Shown here: one piece after another, positions 57,065 to 64,000 of the stretch
Numbering within the stretch: position 1 is the first letter of the stretch
How the letters are laid out: the number at the start of each line of letters is the position of its first letter
Assembly: GCA_040752575.1 (NCBI GenBank)
Contig: JBFMGK010000052.1
Span: 1,674 to 65,673 of the forward strand
DNA from: Candidatus Bipolaricaulota bacterium
Lineage (GTDB): Bacteria > Bipolaricaulota > Bipolaricaulia > UBA7950 > UBA9294
Direction: 5' to 3'
DNA length: 64,000 nt
Position numbers and translations under genes: made by a program
Notes under the pieces: model-generated
The model's input: only the letters and a program-made list of their open reading frames with translations
What the model was told of the DNA's origin: nothing
The model's database searches: none

Positions 57065-58486
57065 ATGCGGCTTTACAACTCGCTGACGCGGCAGCTTGAA
57101 CCGTTCTCCCCTCGCGATGGGAAGACGGTAGGCATGTACGTCTGTGGGCCGACCGTCTACGACCACCTCCACATCGGCAACGTCAGACCGGTGATCGTAT
57201 TCGGTGCGCTTCGCCGTTACCTTGTGGCGTTCAAGGGATGGCACGTGCTTTACGTGCAGAACATCACGGACGTCGATGACAAGCTCATCCAGCGGGCCGA
57301 AAGCACGGGCGCGACCGTCGAGTCCGTTGCCGCGAAGTACGCGCAGGCGTACTTCGACCTCCTCGAGGCTCTGGGCATCGAGCGCCCCACCGCGAGCCCT
57401 CGCGCCACGGAGCACATCGAGCCGATGGTCGCCCTCATCGGGCGACTTGTCGAGCGCGGGGCAGCCTACGTCCGCGGTGGAGACGTCTACTTCCGCGTCG
57501 AAAAGGCCGACGGCTATGGCACCCTTTCGGGGCGTCGCCTCGAGGACCAGGAAGCCGGGGCCCGCGTCGAGGTTGCGTTGGAGAAAGAACACCCGCTCGA
57601 CTTCACGCTCTGGAAAGCTGCGAAACCGGGGGAGCCGAGTTGGCCGTCGCCTTGGGGAGCGGGACGGCCTGGGTGGCACACCGAATGCGTGGTCATGTCG
57701 CGGAAGTACCTTGGTGAGTTTCTGGACATTCACGCCGGCGGAAACGACCTCATGTTCCCGCACCACGAGAACGAGATCGCCCAAGCCAACGCGTCGGGCG
57801 AGGGTCCGTTCTTCCGCTTCTGGCTGCACAATGGGATGTTGCACCTCGGCGGCCAGGAGATGCATAAGTCGCTCGGGAACTTCCGGTACGCGCATGAGAT
57901 ACTCGCGGCTTACGACGCGCAGACCGTCGCCTACTTCTACCTTTCGCGCCACTACCGCAAGCCGCTGGAGTTCTCCGACGAAGGGCTGCGGGCGGCGCAG
58001 GCCGCCGTGCGCCGCGTGCAGAGCCTCGTCTCCGACATCGAGCGCGAGCTACCGGCGGCAAGTGGAGAAACCGCTGCACCGGCAAGCGCCTTTCAGGACA
58101 GCCTCGCCGGCTTCCGCGAGCGGTATGTCGACGCGATGGATGACGACTTCAACACCGTCGATGCCCTGGCCGCGGTGCACGATGCCGTCAGTGCGACGAA
58201 TCGGTTCCGTGCCGAAGCGCAGGGAAGCGATCGCCTGGCGTTGCGCGGAGCCGTTTCTCTCCTTCGCGAACTCGGTGCGCCCCTTGGCCTGTTCGGCGCT
58301 CGGCGCGTCGAGACCGCTTCGTCGCTCGAGTCGCCGCTGATCGAGCTCTTGCTCTCGCTGCGCTCCGGCCTCCGGGCGCGCAAGGCGTTCGACCTGTCCG
58401 ACCAAGTGCGCGACGGGCTGGCTGCACTCGGGGTGGAGATCAAGGACACGCCGCAGGGGACCTTCTGGTCGCGCAGCGAGGGCTAG
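57065..58486 (+). CDS. cysS: Cysteine--tRNA ligase
   Basis: HIGN (HIGH) and KMHKSLGN (KMSKS) motifs. Zn-binding Cys. ATG at 57065. Confidence 0.9.
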   Translation: MRLYNSLTRQLEPFSPRDGKTVGMYVCGPTVYDHLHIGNVRPVIVFGALRRYLVAFKGWHVLYVQNITDVDDKLIQRAESTGATVESVAAKYAQAYFDLLEALGIERPTASPRATEHIEPMVALIGRLVERGAAYVRGGDVYFRVEKADGYGTLSGRRLEDQEAGARVEVALEKEHPLDFTLWKAAKPGEPSWPSPWGAGRPGWHTECVVMSRKYLGEFLDIHAGGNDLMFPHHENEIAQANASGEGPFFRFWLHNGMLHLGGQEMHKSLGNFRYAHEILAAYDAQTVAYFYLSRHYRKPLEFSDEGLRAAQAAVRRVQSLVSDIERELPAASGETAAPASAFQDSLAGFRERYVDAMDDDFNTVDALAAVHDAVSATNRFRAEAQGSDRLALRGAVSLLRELGAPLGLFGARRVETASSLESPLIELLLSLRSGLRARKAFDLSDQVRDGLAALGVEIKDTPQGTFWSRSEG

Positions 58487-58499
58487 AGCCGCGCTCTTG

Positions 58500-59078
58500 T
58501 CATAGCAGGGCCCGGATCTGCGCCAGCGCGTCGCGGAGATTCGCGGCAGGACGGTACCGCAGATCCTTGGGGACGAACTCGAGAATCCAAGGCGCGGGGT
58601 TCACGAGGACGATCTCGGGAATCCCGGCGGCCTGAGCGGCCAGGAGATCGAGGTGAGCGTCGCCGAGCGCGACGGCTTGGTCGCTCGCTACGCGAAAGCG
58701 CGCGAGCGCTTCCCGCATGAGAAAGGGACTAGGTTTCGTCGGGCCGTCGTCGCGCGACAGGGTGAGGTCGAACCCGAGCGGGAACCTCGCGAGAAACGTC
58801 TCGACGCTCGCGCGTGAGTTGTTCGTGATCAGAGCCGTGAGCACGCCGCACTCGCGAAGCGTGTCGACGAGTTCGACCGCCCCGGGCATGAGGTCTCCGC
58901 ACGCTGCACCCTGTTCCTCCACCGCGACGAGCGCCTGCAGCCCTCGATCGCGTTGCGCCGGAGCGAGATCGAGGATCTGCTCCAGAATGCCGCGGCCGTC
59001 GCGCGGTAGACCGAACTCCTCGCGCACGGGGAGGAAGTCGACGCGCGCGTCGAAGATCGTTCCGTCCATGTCCAGCAT
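58500..59078 (-). CDS. HAD-IA family hydrolase
   Basis: DMDGTIF motif I. ITNNS motif II. GDAHLD motif IV. Start at ATG 59078 or GTG 59096. Confidence 0.7.
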   Translation of the reverse strand: MLDMDGTIFDARVDFLPVREEFGLPRDGRGILEQILDLAPAQRDRGLQALVAVEEQGAACGDLMPGAVELVDTLRECGVLTALITNNSRASVETFLARFPLGFDLTLSRDDGPTKPSPFLMREALARFRVASDQAVALGDAHLDLLAAQAAGIPEIVLVNPAPWILEFVPKDLRYRPAANLRDALAQIRALL

Positions 59079-59122
59079 CGCCGCACGGAGGCGCACGCTC
59101 TTCTCCCCGCAAGCGGCAGGCG

Positions 59123-59917
59123 TTACGGCGTGTCGAGAACCCGGAGCTTCACCTGATCCGTGAACTTCGCGCCGGATGGATCGGTGACGGTCAGGGTGAT
59201 CCAGACATCCTCGCCTCCCGTCAGCGCCGTTCCCGGAGCGAAGTACAGCGGATCCGGAGCCCTCGGGTCGAGGAAGTTCCCTCGGCTGGCCGACCACTCG
59301 AAGCGCACGTCGCGACACGTCGGCAGCGGGACATTCGCTCTCATTTGGACGAACGAGCACTCGCCGACGCACAGAGGTCCATTACGGCTGATGCCGGGAC
59401 GATCCGTGCAGGGATCGACCGAGCAAGGCGACGAGCAGGTCCACGTGGGGCACGCCGGCTCAGCGCAAGGCGTGTGCGGCGCGCGACAGCCCCCCACGAG
59501 GCTGACGGACGCGGGAGCCTGCGCAGAGCAGACGGCCGGCGCGGCCGTTGCCGTTCCACACGTTCCGCACGTCGCGGCGGCGCGGGGCGAGGCGGCTTGC
59601 ACAATCCCGTTCGTGGTCGGTGTGTGCAGCGCGGGCACGGGGCCCGGCGCGAAGGTCAACGAGGACACGGCGCAGCTCCCGCAGCCGGGGGACTCGGTGT
59701 CCGGCTCGGGGTTTGTGACGACTGGCCGTACGGCAGCCGGCGACACGGCGGTCCCACCGCCCGACGTCGCGTGCCAGTAGGAGGTCGTCTCGACGCTCCC
59801 AGCCGAATCCGCCACCTCAAGGGGCTCGAGAACCCCATCGGGGTTTCCCAGAACCAGGAACAGCACGAGGCCGGCGACGATGGCGCCGACCAACCAGACC
59901 GCGAAAGAATTGCCCAT
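59123..59917 (-). CDS. Cysteine-rich secreted protein with C-terminal Ig/PKD-like domain
   Basis: ATG at 59917 (MGNSFAVWLVGAIVAGLVLFLVLG signal anchor). Many Cys in CxxC/CxC spacing. Confidence 0.5.
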   Translation of the reverse strand: MGNSFAVWLVGAIVAGLVLFLVLGNPDGVLEPLEVADSAGSVETTSYWHATSGGGTAVSPAAVRPVVTNPEPDTESPGCGSCAVSSLTFAPGPVPALHTPTTNGIVQAASPRAAATCGTCGTATAAPAVCSAQAPASVSLVGGCRAPHTPCAEPACPTWTCSSPCSVDPCTDRPGISRNGPLCVGECSFVQMRANVPLPTCRDVRFEWSASRGNFLDPRAPDPLYFAPGTALTGGEDVWITLTVTDPSGAKFTDQVKLRVLDTP

Positions 59918-59954
59918 CGCTCGCGCACCTCCAGCGCGCCCCCTCCTTGCCAGG

Positions 59955-61769
59955 CTACACGCCAGAAGCCGTAAAGTCAATTGGGAACGGAGGAACGTGA
60001 TGCGCGTCACGCTCGCTGTCGTCCGATTCCGCGCTCCAAAGTCGGCGCATCTCCTCGCTCTCCTGCAGCACTTCGTCCAGCCGGCCTGACGCCTCGATGC
60101 ATCCGTCTTTCATGACCAGGATCCGGTCGGCGCGGCGCAACGCCGCACGGCGGTGGGAAACGACAAGCCACGTGCGCTGTCTCTCCGCAAATGCCCGGTC
60201 CCACAGTGCCTTCTCGGTCTCAACGTCCAGGGCACTCGATACGTCGTCGAGCACGACGAGCTCCGGGCGCGATACGAACATGCGGGCCGTCGCGGCGCGT
60301 TGGCGTTGCCCCCCCGAGAGCTTAACCCCGCGGGGTCCGACGACAGTGTCCAGGCCGTGCTCGAGTCGCACGATGTCGTCCTCCAGCACCGCGAGTTCGA
60401 TCGCCTTGTCCAGCGCCTCGTCGGGAACCTCTCGTCCCAGGCGCAGATTGTCGCGCAAGGTCTCGCTGAACAGCTGCGGAACCTGCGGCGTGTAGGCGGC
60501 GCGCGGAGGGACGAAGAACGTCGAGGGGTCGGCAACCGGTTCGCCGTTCCAGACGATTCGCCCCTCCTCGATCGGCAAGAGGCCAAGCAGTCCACGAAGG
60601 AGCGTGGTCTTCCCCGAGCCGATCCGACCGGTGATCACGACGAATTCGCCCCGACGGATCTCAAACGAGGCACGCCGGACGCGGAACCCGCCACTCCCTG
60701 CCGCGGCAACCGTCATCGTCTCGATGGCCAGCCGCTCGAGCGCCGGCCCAGCGCACAGCGGTGGCGGCTCGGGGAGCGGCCCCGTGAGGTGGACCGGATG
60801 GTGAGCGACGACGTCGCCACGCGAGCCCTGAACGAGCGTCGCCATTCGATCGATCGACACCTTGGTCTGCTGAAAGTGGATCAGAAAGTCGCCGAACGCG
60901 GCGATGATCTCGGTCAAGAAACCGACATAGGTCACGAAGAGGGCGAAATCGCCGACCGTGAACGTGCTGCCGCGCAGTCCCTCCGCCGCAGCGAGCAAGA
61001 TGAGGCCCGTGCACAGTGTGGTCGCGTTCCAGAAGAACGAGTGGAACGACTGGGACAACAGGCGATCGCGCACCGCGGCGCGAAGCCGGATGCGGTTCAG
61101 CGCTTCGATGTGTGCAACGACATGCTCTTCCGCTCCGGCCAGTTGGATCGCCTGAACGCCGTCCATCGCCTCGCCGATCGCGCCAGTGACTCGCTCGGTA
61201 GACTCGCGGTGAGCTTCGCGGAACCGGCGGACGCTCTTCGACACCGCGCGGGCGCCGATCAACACGAGGATGAGCGGCAGCACGACGATCAGTGTCACGC
61301 GGGCGTCGATCGCCAACAGAATCGCCAGCGCAGCAAGGCTGTACGGAACGAAGGAGAACTGGTCGATCAGCCACGACAGGAGGTCCTCGACGGTCTGGAC
61401 GTCGTCGCGCACCGCGTTGAGCGCCTCGCCGACGGCGCCAGGGAGCGCGCGGGCGCCGGGTTTTGCCAGCACCGCGGCAAGGAGATTTCGCCGTAACAGG
61501 ACCTCGATCGAGTAACGATGACGGATGTCGATCAGCGCGCCGACTAGGATCGCGATGACGCGCGCGAGGCCCGCGGCCGCGACCAGGGCGATGACCGACG
61601 TCAGCGTGAACCCGGCCGCCGCGTCTCCCGTTAGCCAGTCGAAGAACAGCTTGGCGACGTAGCCAGTCCCGAGCTCAGTGAGCACGATGGCCGTCCACGC
61701 GACCGCGTCCATCGCGTACAGCCAAGGTCGGTAGCGAATGAGATGAAGGAGCGCTCGGAGTGCCGTCAT
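59955..61769 (-). CDS. ABC transporter permease/ATP-binding protein (type I exporter half-transporter)
   Basis: 6 TM plus NBD (Walker A GRIGSGKTT, LSGGQRQR). Confidence 0.85.
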   Translation of the reverse strand: MTALRALLHLIRYRPWLYAMDAVAWTAIVLTELGTGYVAKLFFDWLTGDAAAGFTLTSVIALVAAAGLARVIAILVGALIDIRHRYSIEVLLRRNLLAAVLAKPGARALPGAVGEALNAVRDDVQTVEDLLSWLIDQFSFVPYSLAALAILLAIDARVTLIVVLPLILVLIGARAVSKSVRRFREAHRESTERVTGAIGEAMDGVQAIQLAGAEEHVVAHIEALNRIRLRAAVRDRLLSQSFHSFFWNATTLCTGLILLAAAEGLRGSTFTVGDFALFVTYVGFLTEIIAAFGDFLIHFQQTKVSIDRMATLVQGSRGDVVAHHPVHLTGPLPEPPPLCAGPALERLAIETMTVAAAGSGGFRVRRASFEIRRGEFVVITGRIGSGKTTLLRGLLGLLPIEEGRIVWNGEPVADPSTFFVPPRAAYTPQVPQLFSETLRDNLRLGREVPDEALDKAIELAVLEDDIVRLEHGLDTVVGPRGVKLSGGQRQRAATARMFVSRPELVVLDDVSSALDVETEKALWDRAFAERQRTWLVVSHRRAALRRADRILVMKDGCIEASGRLDEVLQESEEMRRLWSAESDDSERDAHHVPPFPIDFTASGV

Positions 61770-63562
61770 GCCAGCACCTCCTCCATGCCCGTCACAAGCA
61801 ACCGCGCGAGACGCGAGCTCGGGTCACCGGCGAGCGCAGCGCGATCGCCAGCTTCGACCACACACCCGTCCTCGAGAATCGCGATGCGATCCGCACGCCG
61901 GACGGTCGAGAGACGATGGGCGATGACGATTGCCGTTCGCCCCTCGAGGAGGCGGTCGATGGCGTGTTCGAGCAGCCTCTCGGTGGCCGGATCGAGGCGC
62001 GACGATGCCTCGTCGAGGATGACAACGCCGGGGTCAGCGAGGAAGGCTCGTGCAAGGGCGAGGAGTTGGCCCTGGCCCGCGGACAGCCCGGCTTCCGGGG
62101 TTCCAACGACGGTGTCCAATCCCTGGTGAAGCGCGCAGACCCACTCCTGAAGCCCGAGCTCGTCGAGGGCCGCGAGGATGCGCGCGTCGGACACCGCCGG
62201 GTCGAACAGACGGACGTTCTCGCGCACCGAGGCGCGGAAGAGCTGCACGTCCTGCGACACCATCCGCACGCGCCGTCGCAACTCGCGCAGCGGCACGTCG
62301 GCCACGCCGACTCCGCCCACGCGCACCGCGCCCTCCTGGCAGTCGTAGAGGCGAGCAACGAGTCGCGCAGCCGTCGTCTTGCCGCTTCCGGTCCGGCCTA
62401 GCAGGCCCATCACCGACCCGGCGGGGACCGCGAGGTGCACGTCGCGCAGGGCGACCGTCGGCTCAGCGAGAGGTGTCGCGTCGCCTGACGCACCCGCATC
62501 AGCCGTTTGAGCCGGCGCGTAGGCGAACGTCACGCCGTCCAAGGCGACCGACAGCGCCCCATCGGAGAGGTGCTTTGAGCCGCCATCGAAAAGGGCCGAC
62601 GTCGTGGCGAGCATCGTGCGGATCCGGCGGATACCCGCCTCGGCGCGTTGCAGGTCGGTGATCTGCTCGCGCATCGTCGAGATGGGGCCGCGCAGGAGCT
62701 CGGTGTAGTGGAAGACGAGGTAGACCGTGCCGAGCGTGATGGCGCCGGCTCGCCAAAGCGTCGCCCCAACGCCGAACGCAACGACGTACCCGCCAGTGAA
62801 TAGTGCCACGTTGCTCATCCACATCGCGTACCCCGCGAGGGCCGAGCGTCGACGGACCGGGTAGAGGCCGCGGCACAGCTCGAAGAACCGCCGCATCGTG
62901 TAGGCGACCGCGCCGTTGGCCCGAAGGTCTTCGGTCCCCGCCAGACGTTCTCCGAGAAAGCCAAAGAACTCGGCCACCAGCTTCCGCCACGTCGTCCAGT
63001 GCGGCACGGCGCGAGCCCGGATGAACCCGAGAAGCCACACGGTGAACACGACAAATCCAAGAATTGGCAGCCCGATCCGCCAGTCCTCGCGGAACAGAAG
63101 GCCGACGATCCCGGCAACGAGGAGCGTGTTACCAAGGATGTCGATCACGAAGCGGGAGAAGAAGTTGGACAACGTGGCCACGTCGCCGTCGATGCGCTCG
63201 ATCAGCTGCCCCGGCGTGTGCTCCTTGTGAAACGTCGGATCGAGGGACAGCGCGTGGCGCAACAGGTCGAGACGCAAGGCGTTCGTCGCGGACCAGGCGA
63301 CGGTCTCCCCGACGTAGGTTGCGGCGACGGAGAGAACCTGCGCAAGGACGGCGACTCCAAAGAACAGAAGCGCGTTGCGAATCAACGCCGCTCGCGCGCC
63401 GCCTGCCGTCGCCGTGTCGATGAACTGCCGCAGGATCTGCGGATTGACCAGGCGGAGCGCGATCGTCACGAGAACGAGGAAGGCAAGCGCAACGACCCAA
63501 CGAGCATGCGGCCGCACGTAGCGACGCAAGAGCGAAAGGCCATCGCGCAACGGAAGCTTCAT
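61766..63562 (-). CDS. ABC transporter permease/ATP-binding protein (partner half-transporter)
   Basis: 6 TM plus NBD (GRTGSGKTT, LSAGQGQL). 4-nt overlap with the downstream partner gene. Confidence 0.85.
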   Translation of the reverse strand: MKLPLRDGLSLLRRYVRPHARWVVALAFLVLVTIALRLVNPQILRQFIDTATAGGARAALIRNALLFFGVAVLAQVLSVAATYVGETVAWSATNALRLDLLRHALSLDPTFHKEHTPGQLIERIDGDVATLSNFFSRFVIDILGNTLLVAGIVGLLFREDWRIGLPILGFVVFTVWLLGFIRARAVPHWTTWRKLVAEFFGFLGERLAGTEDLRANGAVAYTMRRFFELCRGLYPVRRRSALAGYAMWMSNVALFTGGYVVAFGVGATLWRAGAITLGTVYLVFHYTELLRGPISTMREQITDLQRAEAGIRRIRTMLATTSALFDGGSKHLSDGALSVALDGVTFAYAPAQTADAGASGDATPLAEPTVALRDVHLAVPAGSVMGLLGRTGSGKTTAARLVARLYDCQEGAVRVGGVGVADVPLRELRRRVRMVSQDVQLFRASVRENVRLFDPAVSDARILAALDELGLQEWVCALHQGLDTVVGTPEAGLSAGQGQLLALARAFLADPGVVILDEASSRLDPATERLLEHAIDRLLEGRTAIVIAHRLSTVRRADRIAILEDGCVVEAGDRAALAGDPSSRLARLLVTGMEEVLA

Positions 63563-63563
63563 C

Positions 63564-63974
63564 TCATCCTCCCAGACGCTGGGTCGTCAAGTCACAGCCC
63601 GCTCGGAGTTCCTTCTCGAACAGAACGCGCTCGCGAGCCACCTGCATGCCTGCCCTCTCGTACACACGGACGGCGCCGGTGAGGCTGGACCCGTCGACGC
63701 CAAGCGCCACGCGCCGCTTGCCCCTTGCAGCAAGCTGCCGGAACGAGTGGTGCAGCAGTGCGAGGGCCACGCCGCGACGTCGCCACGGACGGACAACGCC
63801 GAGGGTGTTGACGTAACCGAGATCAGGGTCCTCGGTTTCCATCGCCGAGCACAGCGAGACCCCCACGATCTCGGCCCCGGCCGTGGCAAGGAACCACAGG
63901 TTTGCGTCGAACGACTTCTCCTCGTCGATGACGTGCTGCCAGATCGCGAGGTCGGACTCGATCGGCGACTCCAC
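63564..63974 (-). CDS. GNAT family N-acetyltransferase (start near the window edge, may extend beyond)
   Basis: Motif A VRPWRRRGVALALL ... RVALGV. Confidence 0.7.
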   Translation of the reverse strand: MESPIESDLAIWQHVIDEEKSFDANLWFLATAGAEIVGVSLCSAMETEDPDLGYVNTLGVVRPWRRRGVALALLHHSFRQLAARGKRRVALGVDGSSLTGAVRVYERAGMQVARERVLFEKELRAGCDLTTQRLGG

Positions 63975-64000
63975 GTAGCCGAAATGATCGCGGAACGCAG

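Noticed and set aside
1-64000. Numerous long antisense or overlapping ORFs (e.g. 129..719 -, 5942..7156 +, 19979..21025 +, 23292..24320 -, 25722..26561 -, 36133..37008 +, 47201..48382 -, 60153..61496 +)
   Set aside because: Arg/Pro/Gly/Ala-rich low-complexity translations typical of the non-coding frames of high-GC DNA. Each overlaps a gene with clear homology on the other strand or frame and lacks start context.
1-64000. Mobile elements, integrases, transposases, toxin-antitoxin pairs, restriction-modification or other recognisable defence systems
   Set aside because: No ORF in the window shows integrase, transposase, nuclease-methylase or known defence-domain signatures.

Overview
High-GC bacterial chromosomal segment, roughly two-thirds G+C by eye. 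It has strong AGGAGG-type ribosome-binding sites, many GTG/TTG starts and frequent 4-nt ATGA/GTGA overlaps between genes. Most of it is dense core and housekeeping coding sequence. In order: a giant beta-helix/PKD/caspase-domain protein, a PDZ protein, dcd, glnS, a KdgR-like IclR regulator with a KduI/IolB isomerase, SDR, PfkB kinase and a TRAP transporter, a fluoride riboswitch controlling crcB and a DUF190 gene, a NapH-like polyferredoxin with small Gly-rich secreted proteins, a DppB-DppC permease fused to a degenerate M28-like domain, a virginiamycin-lyase-like beta-propeller protein, a GH13 hydrolase, a SOUL protein, tRNA-Gln(CTG), MEMO1-like, yicC, gmk, HU, rpsA, plsC, cmk, ispE, an amidohydrolase, era, a PAS/GAF/GGDEF cyclase, a GNAT, deoC, an orphan atpC-like gene, fabF, pheS, an M24 aminopeptidase, an Mbh-ordered mrp cluster (E-F-G-DUF4040 fusion-B-C-D) with a single large subunit, HAD hydrolases, an ABC-2 exporter, cysS and a heterodimeric ABC exporter pair. 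No transposase, integrase or CRISPR array was found. The unexplained structure is at the RNA and repeat level. Three tandem, hairpin-rich repeat units carrying compensatory base changes lie immediately 3' of tRNA-Gln, and each begins with a copy of the tRNA's 3' end sequence. There are extreme poly-G runs between dctP and dctQ. A tandem array of 24-nt hairpins follows gmk where rpoZ usually sits. The glnS leader ends in a T-box-like motif plus terminator. A UPF0016 gene is split by an in-frame TGA. Coordinates of starts are inferred from the supplied ORF track and may be off by a few nucleotides. In one or two places the printed sequence and the ORF track disagreed by 1 nt.
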